Assembly: GCA_963745835.1 (NCBI GenBank)
Contig: CAVUZH010000018.1
Location: 352,001 to 416,000, forward strand
Length of the DNA stretch: 64,000 nucleotides
Origin: an uncultured delta proteobacterium
Lineage (GTDB): Bacteria > Desulfobacterota > Binatia > UBA9968
Direction: 5' to 3'
Part shown: positions 63,112 to 64,000 of the stretch, in pieces
How positions within the stretch are numbered: the stretch's first letter is position 1
Layout: the number at the start of each line of letters is the position of its first letter
Notes under the pieces: generated by a model
The model's database searches: none
What the model was told of the DNA's origin: nothing
What the model saw: the letters and a program-made list of their open reading frames with translations, nothing else
Program-made: the position numbers and the translations under genes

Positions 63112-63147
63112 TGAGACGAATCCAAGCTTAGCTGTTTAGGAGAAACT

Positions 63148-64000
63148 ATGGCTGAAATCATTGCCAACGATGCTTCTGTTCGACGGCGCCGCCGTTTATT
63201 CTTCGTCATTGTCGGGGCCGCTGTGCTCGCAACCATCGTCGGCGTCGCCCTACTGATGAATATCTTTGAGCGCAAGCAGGAGGCGCGCAATCCGTTTTAT
63301 CGCGTCGTGGAGTTGACTGACGATACCGAAGATCCCGCAGTATGGGGCAAGAACTTCCCGCTGCAATATGACGACTACAAACGGACGGTCGACCAGGTGC
63401 GCACCCGCTTCGGCGGCAGCGAGGCCGAGCCGCGTACGCCGACCAAGGCCGATCCGCGCTCGGTGGTCTCTCAGTCGAAGATCGAGGAAGATCCGCGTTT
63501 GAAGACGATGTGGGCCGGCTACGCCTTTGCCAAAGATTTTCGCGAGGAGCGCGGTCACGCTTATATGCTCGACGACCAGACACTTACCGAACGCCAGCAA
63601 GTGGTCAAACAGCCAGGCACCTGCATTCAATGCCACGGGTCGGTCTACGTACCCTACAAGAAGGCGGGTGACGGCGATCTCATCAAAGGCTTCGAGAAAT
63701 TGAATCAAATGCCTTTCTTCGAAGCGCGCAAGCTGGTCTCGCACCCGGTGGCCTGCATCGATTGCCACGATGCGAGCACCATGCAGCTGCGGGTTACGCG
63801 CCCCGGTTTTATCGAAGGGATGCGCGAGTTAAAAGCCACACAAGGCGTTGAGAACTACGATGTCAACAAGCAGGCGACGCGCCAGGAGATGCGCGCTTAT
63901 GTCTGCGGCCAGTGCCACGTCGAATATTATTTCAAGGGACCGGAAAAGCGGCTGGTCTATCCCTGGGCCAAGGGGCTCAAGGTCGACAGAGATCCAGGCT
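63148..64000 (+). CDS. nrfA: Ammonia-forming cytochrome c nitrite reductase, partial (runs off window)
   Basis: Manual translation: WGKNFPLQY, MWAGYAFAKDFREERGHAY, CIQCH, CIDCHD, RAYVCGQCHVEYYF, YPWAKGL; absent from ORF track (no stop). Confidence 0.92.
   Translation, partial: MAEIIANDASVRRRRRLFFVIVGAAVLATIVGVALLMNIFERKQEARNPFYRVVELTDDTEDPAVWGKNFPLQYDDYKRTVDQVRTRFGGSEAEPRTPTKADPRSVVSQSKIEEDPRLKTMWAGYAFAKDFREERGHAYMLDDQTLTERQQVVKQPGTCIQCHGSVYVPYKKAGDGDLIKGFEKLNQMPFFEARKLVSHPVACIDCHDASTMQLRVTRPGFIEGMRELKATQGVENYDVNKQATRQEMRAYVCGQCHVEYYFKGPEKRLVYPWAKGLKVDRDPG

Noticed and set aside
1-64000. tRNA, rRNA, CRISPR arrays, prophage or known anti-phage defence systems
   Set aside because: None recognisable by eye apart from the vapBC TA pair; tRNAscan/Rfam/DefenseFinder not run

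Overview
64-kb, moderately GC-rich bacterial region, almost entirely + strand. Gene style is reminiscent of soil deltaproteobacteria-like lineages such as Ca. Binatia, which is inference only. It is an accessory envelope/stress island. Regulatory genes: vapBC plus an IS481-like remnant, a MASE1-PAS-GAF sigma54 activator with a downstream -24/-12 promoter, and two paralogous FixL/FixJ-like signalling cassettes. Cargo: AqpZ, MltF-like lytic transglycosylase, Mla/Pqi-type ABC system, alpha/beta-hydrolase lipoprotein, alkylsulfatase, MscS, OmpA, two DUF4105 paralogues, cNMP-patatin, OprB porin, alpha carbonic anhydrase, B12 radical SAM, USP, DUF3300/DUF2950, AspT antiporter, a DAACS-SBP fusion, an RND pump and nrfH-nrfA (CxxCH type, truncated by the window end). 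The main signal is a palindrome, (T)ATTGGAC-YAAR-GTCCAA(TA), found 8 times. All copies are intergenic, co-oriented with the downstream operon, and most lie 21-24 bp upstream of a -10-like hexamer. This defines a candidate regulon that I do not recognise as described, probably controlled by the island's FixJ-family regulator. Other notable items: a hidden receiver-domain pseudogene showing the two signalling cassettes are reciprocally decayed duplicates, and a 150-bp MITE nested in one of two ~200-bp REP-like repeats, with the empty site visible in the other copy. Many single-base frameshifts suggest long-read assembly errors.
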